Assembly (NCBI GenBank): GCA_965215565.1
Contig: CBDCDZ010000004.1
Coordinates: forward strand, 3,584,001-3,648,000
Reading direction: 5' to 3'
DNA: 64,000 bases
Origin: Trueperaceae bacterium
GTDB taxonomy: Bacteria; Deinococcota; Deinococci; Deinococcales; Trueperaceae
The position numbers were made by a program, and so were the translations under genes. The stretch's first letter is position 1; every line of letters begins with the position of its first letter. Of this stretch, positions 9,725 to 18,215 are shown in pieces. A model generated the notes under the pieces. That model saw only the letters and a list, made by a program, of their open reading frames with translations. It was not told the origin of the DNA and did not search any database.

Positions 9725-10687
9725 ATGTTTAGGGCAACCTTCAAGCTCTTTAGCCAAGCGGTGCAGGTGTGGCAGGCGCACAACGCGCCGCGCTTAGGTG
9801 CGGCGCTAGCGTTTTACACGGTTCTTTCGCTCGCGCCGCTCCTCATCGTTGCGGTCAGCGTCGCGGGCGTGTTCTTCAGTCAGATGGACGTGCAAGAGCG
9901 CATTATCGACCAGGTGCAGCTTTTGGTGGGTGAAAGCAACGTTCAGGTCGCGTCGCTTTTGCGCACGCTTTTTAGAAACGCCTTTGACGCTTATAGCGCC
10001 AGCGACGCCATCCTCCCCTCGCTCATCGGACTTGGGGCGCTCCTCTTCGGCGCGTCCATCGTCTTTAACGAGCTTCGCGCCGCCATGAACACCATCTGGG
10101 AAGTCAAAGGGCCCGACGCCTTTCGGGAGGGGGTGGTGCACCTGGTTAAAAACCGCCTCATCGCGCTGGCGATGGTGGCGGGCATCGGCTTCTTGCTACT
10201 CGTGTCGCTTGTCCTCAGCACGGGCGCAACCGCGTTCAGCAGTTTTTTAAGCGATCAGCTCGGCATCGCCGCGCCCTTCGTGAGCGCCTTTGACATCTTC
10301 GTAAGCATCACCATCGTGTCGCTGCTCTTTTCGCTCCTGTATAAGTACCTCCCTTCGGCGCGGGTGTCCTGGTGGGACACGTGGCTGGGCGCGGTGATCA
10401 CAGCGATTCTTTTCTCGGCGGGCAAGTGGCTCATCGGCATCTACCTGAGCCGGAGCGTGGTGGCGTCCGCATATGGGGCGGCGGGCTCTCTAGTAATCTT
10501 TCTCTTGTGGGTCTACTTTTCGGCGCAAATCTTCTTTTTCGGGGCGGCGTTTTGCCGAGCGTATGCGGAGCGTTACGGCTCGAGGTCCTTCAAATACATG
10601 GACACGAAAGCCAGAGCGAGAGCGAGGGCGAAGCAGAAAGCCAGAGAGAAGAGGGCTAAAGAGATTGAGCCTCAGGCTAAAGCGTGA
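9725..10687 (+). CDS. YihY/virulence factor BrkB family membrane protein
   Basis: GAALAFYTVLSLAPLL, AMNTIW, YKYLP, YGAAGSLVIFLLWVYFSAQIFFFGA. Confidence 0.93.
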   Translation: MFRATFKLFSQAVQVWQAHNAPRLGAALAFYTVLSLAPLLIVAVSVAGVFFSQMDVQERIIDQVQLLVGESNVQVASLLRTLFRNAFDAYSASDAILPSLIGLGALLFGASIVFNELRAAMNTIWEVKGPDAFREGVVHLVKNRLIALAMVAGIGFLLLVSLVLSTGATAFSSFLSDQLGIAAPFVSAFDIFVSITIVSLLFSLLYKYLPSARVSWWDTWLGAVITAILFSAGKWLIGIYLSRSVVASAYGAAGSLVIFLLWVYFSAQIFFFGAAFCRAYAERYGSRSFKYMDTKARARARAKQKAREKRAKEIEPQAKA

Positions 10688-10690
10688 GGT

Positions 10691-11002
10691 CTAAAGCGCG
10701 GTGTGCGCATTGAGCTTCGTCCAGCCCACTACGTCGTCAATCAGTTGATGGCTCGCTAGGTTGAGGGTGATAGTGGGCGGCTCGCGTTTCTCCTCCTCCA
10801 AATAGACCTCTGTAAGGTGCGCCTTGACGACGCGGCGGTAGGGCTCGAGCCCCAAGACCTCTTGTTCATTGACCTCTTGAGACGCCCACCGCGCCTCGAA
10901 ACCGCCGCGCTCACCGAGACCCATACCCTGCCTATCCAGGGTCACGACGACGATGCCGAGAGGTGCTTTGACGAGATGGACGAGGGGAGCGGTGCCAGCC
11001 AT
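10691..11002 (-). CDS. Hypothetical protein (103 aa)
   Basis: Fills the gap convergent to yihY; ATG 6 nt after GATAAT; no motif recognised. Confidence 0.6.
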   Translation of the reverse strand: MAGTAPLVHLVKAPLGIVVVTLDRQGMGLGERGGFEARWASQEVNEQEVLGLEPYRRVVKAHLTEVYLEEEKREPPTITLNLASHQLIDDVVGWTKLNAHTAL

Positions 11003-11046
11003 AGCGTTATTATCACCTATTCCTAGCAGTTGGTGGTTAGCTTCTA

Positions 11047-11157
11047 TAGCGGTTATCAGAAGTATTGGGCTGAAATAGCGCAGGTATCATCCGACAATGT
11101 GCGTGCTAGTCGTTGTTCTATCACGTGAGGCTGGCTCAAACCAGATGATACCTGCTA
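11047..11157 (+). mobile_element. MITE-like element family 1, copy B (111-bp core form)
   Basis: tagcgg...gcgcagg.atcatcc...tgtgcgtgcta...caaaccagatgatacctgcta. Confidence 0.75.
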
Positions 11158-11290
11158 TAAAGGCTAACCGTTAAGGACTTTTATGGGGCGAACTTGCACC
11201 AGAGCGTCTGTGACCAGATGCTACTTGCAAGGTGCGCTACACTGAACGTTAGGACCGAGCGAAACCATCATCAAACCAATGGAGCGTGTT

Positions 11291-12298
11291 ATGGCAATTC
11301 AGGAACCCACACAAGAAACGCCGCAAGAGGGTCAGCAAATAAGCCAAAACCAAGAGAGAAATCTAGGGACAGGATTGCAACTCGGTTGGCTCAGAAACGT
11401 GCAGGTGAATAGAAGTGCGGTAGAGCGTCGCGCGTTTACTTTAGCAGGACGACGGAGTATCAAAAAGGAGTGGCAAGCCGCCTGGCTCCTCAAGGCGATA
11501 AGCTGCATTGACCTTACGACTTTAGCGGGCGATGACACGCCGGGCAAGGTCAAGCGGCTCTGCGCTAAGGCGCGGCAACCTGTGCGGCAAGACCTTTTGA
11601 ACGAACTCGGCGTCGCCGATTTGGGACTCACCACGGGCGCGGTCTGCGTCTATCACGCGGTGGTGCCGACGGCTGTAGAGGCGCTAAAGGGCTCCAACGT
11701 ACCTGTCGCCGCCGTCTCAACGGGTTTCCCGGCGGGGCTATCTCCTTTCGAGCAGCGCGCCTCTGAGATTCACGCCTCGGTGGAGGCAGGTGCGAGCGAA
11801 ATCGACATCGTCATCACCCGTGCGCACGTTTTAACTGGAGACTGGGAAGCTCTGTTCGAAGAGGTCTCCACCTTCCGCGAAGCCTGCGGCGACGCGCACA
11901 TGAAAGCGATTCTGGCAACCGGCGAACTCGGTACACTCAGAAACGTCTACAAAGCCTCGATGGTGGCAATGATGGCAGGCGCGGACTTCGTCAAGACCTC
12001 GACGGGCAAGGAGAGCGAGAACGCCACCTTGCCTGTGAGCCTCGTCATGGTGCGTTCTATCCGTGACTACTTGGAGCGCACAGGCTATAAAATTGGCTTC
12101 AAACCCGCAGGCGGCATCCGCACGGCGAAAGAGGCGCTCTTGTGGCTCACGCTGATGAAAGAGGAGTTGGGGCGCGACTGGCTGGAGCCCGAGCTATTTC
12201 GCTTTGGAGCCTCGAGCCTCTTAGGAGACATCGAGCGGCAGTTGGAGCACTTCGTGACTGGGCGCTACTCGGCGTCGTTTCGGCATCCTTTGTCATAG
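11291..12298 (+). CDS. deoC: Deoxyribose-phosphate aldolase (long type)
   Basis: IDLTTLAGDDT, VSTGFPAG, EIDIVI, FVKTSTGK, GFKPAGGIR, FRFGASSLL; GGAG RBS. Confidence 0.95.
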   Translation: MAIQEPTQETPQEGQQISQNQERNLGTGLQLGWLRNVQVNRSAVERRAFTLAGRRSIKKEWQAAWLLKAISCIDLTTLAGDDTPGKVKRLCAKARQPVRQDLLNELGVADLGLTTGAVCVYHAVVPTAVEALKGSNVPVAAVSTGFPAGLSPFEQRASEIHASVEAGASEIDIVITRAHVLTGDWEALFEEVSTFREACGDAHMKAILATGELGTLRNVYKASMVAMMAGADFVKTSTGKESENATLPVSLVMVRSIRDYLERTGYKIGFKPAGGIRTAKEALLWLTLMKEELGRDWLEPELFRFGASSLLGDIERQLEHFVTGRYSASFRHPLS

Positions 12299-12397
12299 TA
12301 GAAATGAGACGTGCGGCGAGCATCAAGCGTTGAGAGCCGCGTCCAGCCGTGACCCGAAATGTCCGTTCACGCTTAGCGCCAATGAGAGAGGTACAAA

Positions 12398-13711
12398 GTG
12401 GTTTATCCCCCCGGACCTAGAGGGCAGCCGCTCCTAGGGAGCGCCCCCGCTTTTATAGCAGATACGCTCGGTTTTCTGGAGAGCTTGCGCGAACACGGCG
12501 ACGTCGCCTTTTTCCGCTTCGCGTGGCACCGCGACTACCTGGTCAACGCCCCGTCGCTCATCCGCGAGGTGTTGATCAGTAAAGCCAATCACTTCAGCAA
12601 AACAGCGCTTTTCAAGCGCGCGTCGTCACAGCCGACGCTCTTTACCAGCGACGGTGAGTTCTGGCGCAGCCAGCGCAAACTGCTGCAGCCCGCCTTTCAC
12701 ACGGGGCGCATCGGCGCGTACGCCGATGTGATGCAAGGCTACACCCGCGACTATATCCAAACTTGGCAGCCGGGCGAGACACGCCGCGTCAACGACGACA
12801 TGAGCGAGTTGACGCTCCGCATCTTTTCAAAAGCCCTTTTCGACGCCGACATGGAGGGCGAGTCTTACGGCGCGGCGCGCGCGCTCAACACGCTCGCGGG
12901 TCAGTTCAATGCGTTTTTGGCGGGCGGCTTCCTCCCGAGGTGGGTACCCACGCCGAACAACCGCAGGGTGAAAGAGGCTGAGGCAACCTTACAGCGCATC
13001 CTCACCGCGATGGTCCAGGAGCGCCGCGCTTCGGGTGAGGACCGGGGCGACCTGCTCTCCATGATGATGTTCGCCACCTACGAAGACGGCACGAAGATGA
13101 GCGACGAAGGGCTCTACGCCGAGGTCAGTGCGCTGTTTTTTGCAGGGCAAGAGGCGAACGCGGGCATGATTGCCTGGGCACTGGTCCTGCTGTCTCGGTA
13201 CCCCGAGCTGGCGCAGAGACTCTACGACGAGGTGGACGAAGTGTTGGCGGGACGTCCGGTGTGCCTGGCTGACCTCGCTCAGCTCACCTACACGGACATG
13301 TGGATCAAGGAGACGCTGCGGCTCTATCCGCTCGCGTACGCTTTCTCGAGAGACGTCGTCAAAGAGGTTGAGCTGGGCGGCTACACGCTCCCCGTCGGCG
13401 CGTCCGTCCACATCTCCCCGTGGGCGCTCCACCGCAACCCGAATATTTGGTCTGATCCCGAAACCTTTGACCCGGAGCGCTTCACTCCCGAACGCGGAAC
13501 AGTGCACGGCAAATACGACTACCTTCCCTTCGGCGGCGGTCCGCGGGTCTGCATCGGCAACCACTTCGCGCTGATGGAGGCTAAGGTGGTTTTGGTGACG
13601 CTCGCGCAGCACGTCCGCTTAGACCTCGCCCCCGGTTACACCGTCACGCCCGAGCGCCAATTCACGGTCTACCCGAGCCACGGGCTGCCGATGGTGGTGA
13701 GGGCGCGGTGA
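12398..13711 (+). CDS. Cytochrome P450
   Basis: PPGP, ETLRLYP (ExxR), FDPERF, PFGGGPRVCIG heme-Cys motif. Confidence 0.96.
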   Translation: MVYPPGPRGQPLLGSAPAFIADTLGFLESLREHGDVAFFRFAWHRDYLVNAPSLIREVLISKANHFSKTALFKRASSQPTLFTSDGEFWRSQRKLLQPAFHTGRIGAYADVMQGYTRDYIQTWQPGETRRVNDDMSELTLRIFSKALFDADMEGESYGAARALNTLAGQFNAFLAGGFLPRWVPTPNNRRVKEAEATLQRILTAMVQERRASGEDRGDLLSMMMFATYEDGTKMSDEGLYAEVSALFFAGQEANAGMIAWALVLLSRYPELAQRLYDEVDEVLAGRPVCLADLAQLTYTDMWIKETLRLYPLAYAFSRDVVKEVELGGYTLPVGASVHISPWALHRNPNIWSDPETFDPERFTPERGTVHGKYDYLPFGGGPRVCIGNHFALMEAKVVLVTLAQHVRLDLAPGYTVTPERQFTVYPSHGLPMVVRAR

Positions 13712-13742
13712 AGAAACTCGGGCTCGAGAATTGGGAAACGCC

Positions 13743-14183
13743 ATGACCGAACGCAACCTCGACATCACAGAGCTTTCCGAAGCCGACTTCGCCACCTCCT
13801 ATGAGGTCATGCGGGAGCTTAGACCTCACCTGACAAAAGAGGTTTACGCCGCGCGCGTCGGAGAGATGAAGGCTCGAGGCTACCGACTTCTCGCCCTAAA
13901 AGTTGACGGAGACATCGCCGCGCTCGCAGGCGTCACCTTCGACCTCAACCTCTACTGGGGGCGTCACCTCTTCGTCTACGATTTGATCACGGCGGAGGCG
14001 TACCGCTCACAAGGATACGGCAAGAGGATGTTGGGGTACATTCACACCTTGGCCCGGTCAGAAGATTGCGAAGCCGTCGCGCTTAGTTCTAGCTTTCCCC
14101 GCGAAGGGGCACACCGCTTCTATGAACGCGAGGGGTACAACCGGACGGGCTACGTGTTTTTGAAGAGGTTGGAAGATGTTTAG
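13743..14183 (+). CDS. GNAT N-acetyltransferase
   Basis: VYDLIT...RSQGYGK, AHRFYER. Confidence 0.88.
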   Translation: MTERNLDITELSEADFATSYEVMRELRPHLTKEVYAARVGEMKARGYRLLALKVDGDIAALAGVTFDLNLYWGRHLFVYDLITAEAYRSQGYGKRMLGYIHTLARSEDCEAVALSSSFPREGAHRFYEREGYNRTGYVFLKRLEDV

Positions 14184-14724
14184 CGCTCAAGTTGAGGAAG
14201 GGTTGGAGCTTCGTCTCTTGGAGCCCCGCCACACCGAGGCCTTATTCAATCTCGTTGACAGAAACCGTGACCATCTTGGCTACTGGTTTCCTTGGGTAGA
14301 GGACGCTACAATAGAAAATCCGCGTAAGTTTATCGCTTCTGGGATGGAGCAACTCGCGAAGGGCAACGGCTTTCAAACGGGTATTTGGACTGATAGTGAA
14401 CTCGCCGGTGTCATAGGACTCCATTACATCTCGTCACAATTCCGCAGTACTGAGATTGGCTACTGGTTAGGCGCTGAGCACGAGGGGCGTGGCCTTGTGA
14501 CCAAGGTATGCCGCTATCTCTGCACCTACCTCTTTGAAGAACTAGGGCTCAACCGTATCGAAATACGCTGCTCGGAGAAGAACTCGAGAAGCCGCGCCAT
14601 CCCCAAACGTTTGGGGTTTACTTTGGAGGGTACGCTGCGGCAGATGGGCTACACCAAAGATGGAATGACGGACTACCTCGTTTACGGTCTACTCAAGGAC
14701 GAATGGCAGAAAGGTCAACCATGA
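14176..14724 (+). CDS. RimJ/RimL-type GNAT acetyltransferase
   Basis: TEIGYWLG..HEGRGLVT, N.RSRAIPKRLGFTLEG. Confidence 0.9.
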   Translation: MFSAQVEEGLELRLLEPRHTEALFNLVDRNRDHLGYWFPWVEDATIENPRKFIASGMEQLAKGNGFQTGIWTDSELAGVIGLHYISSQFRSTEIGYWLGAEHEGRGLVTKVCRYLCTYLFEELGLNRIEIRCSEKNSRSRAIPKRLGFTLEGTLRQMGYTKDGMTDYLVYGLLKDEWQKGQP

Positions 14725-17135
14725 CAACAAACGCGACAGTAAAGGAAATCTTCGACACGATGGACTACGGACCCGCACCCGAAAGCAGCGAGACAGCGAA
14801 CGCTTGGCTAGAACGTCGTAAGCGCACCTTCGACCTCTTCGTGGGCGGCAAATTCGTCAAGCCGCGCTCGGGCGGGCGTTTCGACACGGTGAATCCGGCG
14901 AACGCGGAAGTCATCGCGAGCGTCGCGCAGGCAGGCGAAAAGGACGTGGACGCGGCGGTCAAGGCGGCGCGCAAGGCGCAGGGCGAGTGGGCGAAGCTCC
15001 CCGGTCACGCGCGGGCACGCTACCTCTACGCCATCGCGCGGCAGGTGCAGAAGCACTCGAGGCTCTTCTCCGTTTTAGAAACTTTGGACAACGGTAAGCC
15101 GCTTCGGGAGACGAGGGATATCGACATCCCTCTTGTTGCGCGGCACTTCTACCATCACGCGGGCTGGGCGCAGCTTATGGACGCTGAATTGCCAGGGTAT
15201 GAGCCTGTAGGCGTCTGCGGACAGATTATCCCCTGGAACTTTCCGCTTTTGATGCTTTCCTGGAAGGTCGCACCCGCACTGGCGATGGGTAACACGGTTG
15301 TGCTCAAACCCGCCGAATTCACGCCGCTGACAGCACTTCTCTTTGCTGAGGTGTGTCAAGAGGTCGGCTTGCCGCCGGGTGTAGTCAACATCATCACGGG
15401 CGACGGGGCGACGGGCGAGCTTATCGTAGGGCACGCGGATGTGGATAAAATCGCCTTTACGGGTTCAACCGAAGTCGGGCGCATCATCCGTGAGAAGACG
15501 GCGGGGAGCGGGAAGAAGTTATCTTTAGAATTAGGCGGCAAATCGCCTTTCGTGATTTTCGATGACGCCGATTTAGACAGCGCCGTTGAAGGCGTTGTGG
15601 ACGCGATTTGGTTCAACCAAGGACAAGTATGTTGTGCGGGCTCTCGCTTGTTGGTGCAAGAGAGCGTCGCGGACAAGCTCACGGAGAAGTTGAAGGCGCG
15701 GCTCGAGACCCTGCGCGTCGGCGACCCGCTGGATAAAGCCGTAGACATGGGCGCGATTATTGCGCCGGTGCAGTTACAGAAGATTGAGCAACTTGTCGAG
15801 CAAGGTAAGGCGGAAGGGACAACCTGTCATCAGCCCTCCTGGGCGGTGCCGCAAGAGGGATATTTCTATCCGCCGACGCTCTTCACCGATGTCGAGCCCG
15901 CTTCAGCGCTCGCTCAAGTCGAAATCTTCGGTCCCGTCATCGCTCAAATGTCTTTTCGCACGCCTGCCGAAGCAGTCGAACTCGCCAACAACACGCGCTA
16001 CGGTTTAGCCGCGTCCGTCTGGACGGAGAACATCAACCTCGCACTGGACGTTGCGCCAAAGATCAAAGCGGGCGTGGTGTGGATTAACTGCACAAACCAG
16101 TTCGATGCGGCGGCGGGCTTCGGCGGCTACCGCGAGAGCGGCTTCGGACGCGAGGGAGGCAAAGAGGGCTTGTTCGAGTATGTGGTGGCGAGTTGGGAGA
16201 AGGCGTTACCGCTCTATAAGGAGTCAGAATTCAGCGCTCAGAATTCAGTAGAGAGACCTCTAAACGGTTCCTCGAATTTTGACGTACCTGCGGTTGACCG
16301 CACCGCGAAGATGTACATCGGCGGCAAGCAGTCGCGTCCTGATTCGGGGTACAGCACCCCGGTTTTAGGCGCGGACGGCTCACTCCTGACGGAAGTCGGG
16401 CAGGGCAACCGCAAGGATATTCGTAATGCGGTGGAGGCGGCGCGCAAAGCGTCGGGGTGGAGCAAAGCCACGGCGCACAACCGGGCGCAGGTGTTGTACT
16501 ACTTGGCGGAGAACTTGGCGGCAAGGGCCCCAGAGTTCGAAGCGCGACTCACAGCGATGACGGGCGAGCGGCGCAAGAACGTAGCGCAAGAGGTCGAGAC
16601 CTCTATCGAACGCATCTTCACCTACGCAGCTTGGGCGGATAAATACGACGGCGCGGTTCACGGTGTGCCTGCGCGCAACGTCACGCTGGCGATGAACGAG
16701 CCTCTAGGTATTATGGGCGTTCTCTGCCCTGACGAAGCACCCCTTTTAGCGTTTATCTCTTTAGTCATCCCAGCCGTCGCGATGGGCAACCGCGTCGTCG
16801 TCGTTCCTTCACCGCGCTATCCGCTCGCCGCCACGGACCTCTACCAAGTACTGGATACCTCGGACGTGCCCGGCGGTGTTGTCAACATGGTGACAGGTGA
16901 GCGGGACGTGCTCGCAAAGACGTTAGCGGAGCATGACGAGGTGGCGGGGCTCTGGTACGTGGGCTCGGCAGCGGGGGGCGAAGAGGTCGAAAGAGCCTCA
17001 GCGGGCAATCTCAAACAGACGTGGAGCAATAACGGTAAAAAGCGGAACTGGTCGGACGCGACTCAGGGCGAAGGTTCCGAATTCTTGCGCCGGGCGGTGC
17101 AAGTCAAGAATATTTGGGTGCCGTACGGCGAATAG
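14721..17135 (+). CDS. Long aldehyde dehydrogenase (ALDH16-like, extra C-terminal domain)
   Basis: IIPWNFPL, FTGSTEVG, LELGGKSP, NQGQVCCAG, EIFGP, then a second NAD-binding-like domain; ATGA overlap with the upstream GNAT. Confidence 0.93.
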   Translation: MTTNATVKEIFDTMDYGPAPESSETANAWLERRKRTFDLFVGGKFVKPRSGGRFDTVNPANAEVIASVAQAGEKDVDAAVKAARKAQGEWAKLPGHARARYLYAIARQVQKHSRLFSVLETLDNGKPLRETRDIDIPLVARHFYHHAGWAQLMDAELPGYEPVGVCGQIIPWNFPLLMLSWKVAPALAMGNTVVLKPAEFTPLTALLFAEVCQEVGLPPGVVNIITGDGATGELIVGHADVDKIAFTGSTEVGRIIREKTAGSGKKLSLELGGKSPFVIFDDADLDSAVEGVVDAIWFNQGQVCCAGSRLLVQESVADKLTEKLKARLETLRVGDPLDKAVDMGAIIAPVQLQKIEQLVEQGKAEGTTCHQPSWAVPQEGYFYPPTLFTDVEPASALAQVEIFGPVIAQMSFRTPAEAVELANNTRYGLAASVWTENINLALDVAPKIKAGVVWINCTNQFDAAAGFGGYRESGFGREGGKEGLFEYVVASWEKALPLYKESEFSAQNSVERPLNGSSNFDVPAVDRTAKMYIGGKQSRPDSGYSTPVLGADGSLLTEVGQGNRKDIRNAVEAARKASGWSKATAHNRAQVLYYLAENLAARAPEFEARLTAMTGERRKNVAQEVETSIERIFTYAAWADKYDGAVHGVPARNVTLAMNEPLGIMGVLCPDEAPLLAFISLVIPAVAMGNRVVVVPSPRYPLAATDLYQVLDTSDVPGGVVNMVTGERDVLAKTLAEHDEVAGLWYVGSAAGGEEVERASAGNLKQTWSNNGKKRNWSDATQGEGSEFLRRAVQVKNIWVPYGE

Positions 17136-17142
17136 TATGCAA

Positions 17143-17281
17143 TAGCAGGCATCGTCTGATTTGAAGCACTCTCACGGCATGAAACATTGTTTAGCACGCA
17201 TGTTCGGGGATGAGGTTCCGTTCTCAAGCTCTGCGAGCTGAAATCTGCGCTCATCTATCTCAGTATCTCGCGGAACCACTT
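17143..17281 (-). mobile_element. MITE-like element family 1, copy C
   Basis: tagcaggcatcgtctgatttg...tagcacgca...atctgcgc...ggaaccact is the reverse complement of the family core. Confidence 0.65.
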
Positions 17282-17460
17282 TAAGTACGTGTGTACTGAG
17301 TACAGATTTGTTTAGCTGACGGTATTTTTGCCCCTATAGACTCTCATCTTCGCGCTTTTATGAAGTGAAAATGAATACTGTTGTACTACTTTTTGCGCGC
17401 TACATCACATGTGTATGATAGGCTTCCGTATACACTGACATCACGATTGGAGCTTACTTC

Positions 17461-18099
17461 ATGTTGAAAACAGACAAGAGCAACTTTTTCGGTGTGATGG
17501 CAGAGGCGCAGCGGCAGTGGTGGGAAAACTGGTTCGCCTTCGCGCAGGGCGCGAGCGCGAGCAACATGCGCTTCATCCAGCAGTCTACGCAGTCCGCGTT
17601 GGACGCGCAGCGTGCGTTCTACCCCTCGATGCCCAAAGCGCCGGAGCACCCCGACACGTTCGGCTCGCAGATGCTCGTGGACCCGGTCAAGCTCGAGCTA
17701 GGCGCGTCTGCCTCCCTGACTAAAACTGTCACCGACGACGACGTGGTGGCGTTCGCGGAAGTTTCCGGCGACAGAAACCCCGTCCACCTAGACGACGCCT
17801 ACGCCGCGCAGACCCGCTTCGGCGAGCGCATCGCCCACGGAATGCTCTCGGCGGGCTTTATTTCGGCGGTTTTAGGGACGAAGCTTCCCGGACCGGGCGC
17901 GGTCTACCTCTCGCAAACGTTAAAGTTCCGCGCGCCTGTCACCATCGGTGACGAGATCACCGCGACAGCGACGGTCGTGAGCGTCAAAGAAGGTAAGCCG
18001 ATTTTCACTTTAGAGACCATCTGCACGAACCAGAACGGTGAAAAGGTCTTAGAAGGCGAAGCGGTCATCCTTTTTGACCCAGTGATTCCGCAAGCGTAA
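17461..18099 (+). CDS. MaoC/PhaJ-type (R)-enoyl-CoA hydratase with N-terminal extension
   Basis: FAEVSGDRNPVHLD, RIAHGML, LPGPGAVYLSQTLKF.APV. Confidence 0.9.
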   Translation: MLKTDKSNFFGVMAEAQRQWWENWFAFAQGASASNMRFIQQSTQSALDAQRAFYPSMPKAPEHPDTFGSQMLVDPVKLELGASASLTKTVTDDDVVAFAEVSGDRNPVHLDDAYAAQTRFGERIAHGMLSAGFISAVLGTKLPGPGAVYLSQTLKFRAPVTIGDEITATATVVSVKEGKPIFTLETICTNQNGEKVLEGEAVILFDPVIPQA

Positions 18100-18122
18100 G
18101 TCTAAAGTTCGCGCAAAAAATT

Positions 18123-18156
18123 AAAACCTCTTCAGTACTTCGCTGAAGAGGTTTTT
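18123..18156. terminator. Bidirectional terminator
   Basis: aaaacctcttcag...ctgaagaggttttt between convergent genes. Confidence 0.8.
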
Positions 18157-18215
18157 CTAAGGATGATTCTTGCGTTGACCTTTTCTCGTGAAGCTGAAAA
18201 AAGGTCAAAAAGTTT

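Noticed and set aside
9378..9797. Short ORFs here and at 21340-21684 and 40482-40706
   Set aside because: Their shared peptides derive from the MITE-like repeat, not from a gene family.
12989..13612. 207-aa antisense ORF, and similar overlapping ORFs (19203-19751, 27083-27685, 51696-52475)
   Set aside because: Shadow ORFs of GC-rich genes with no motifs.
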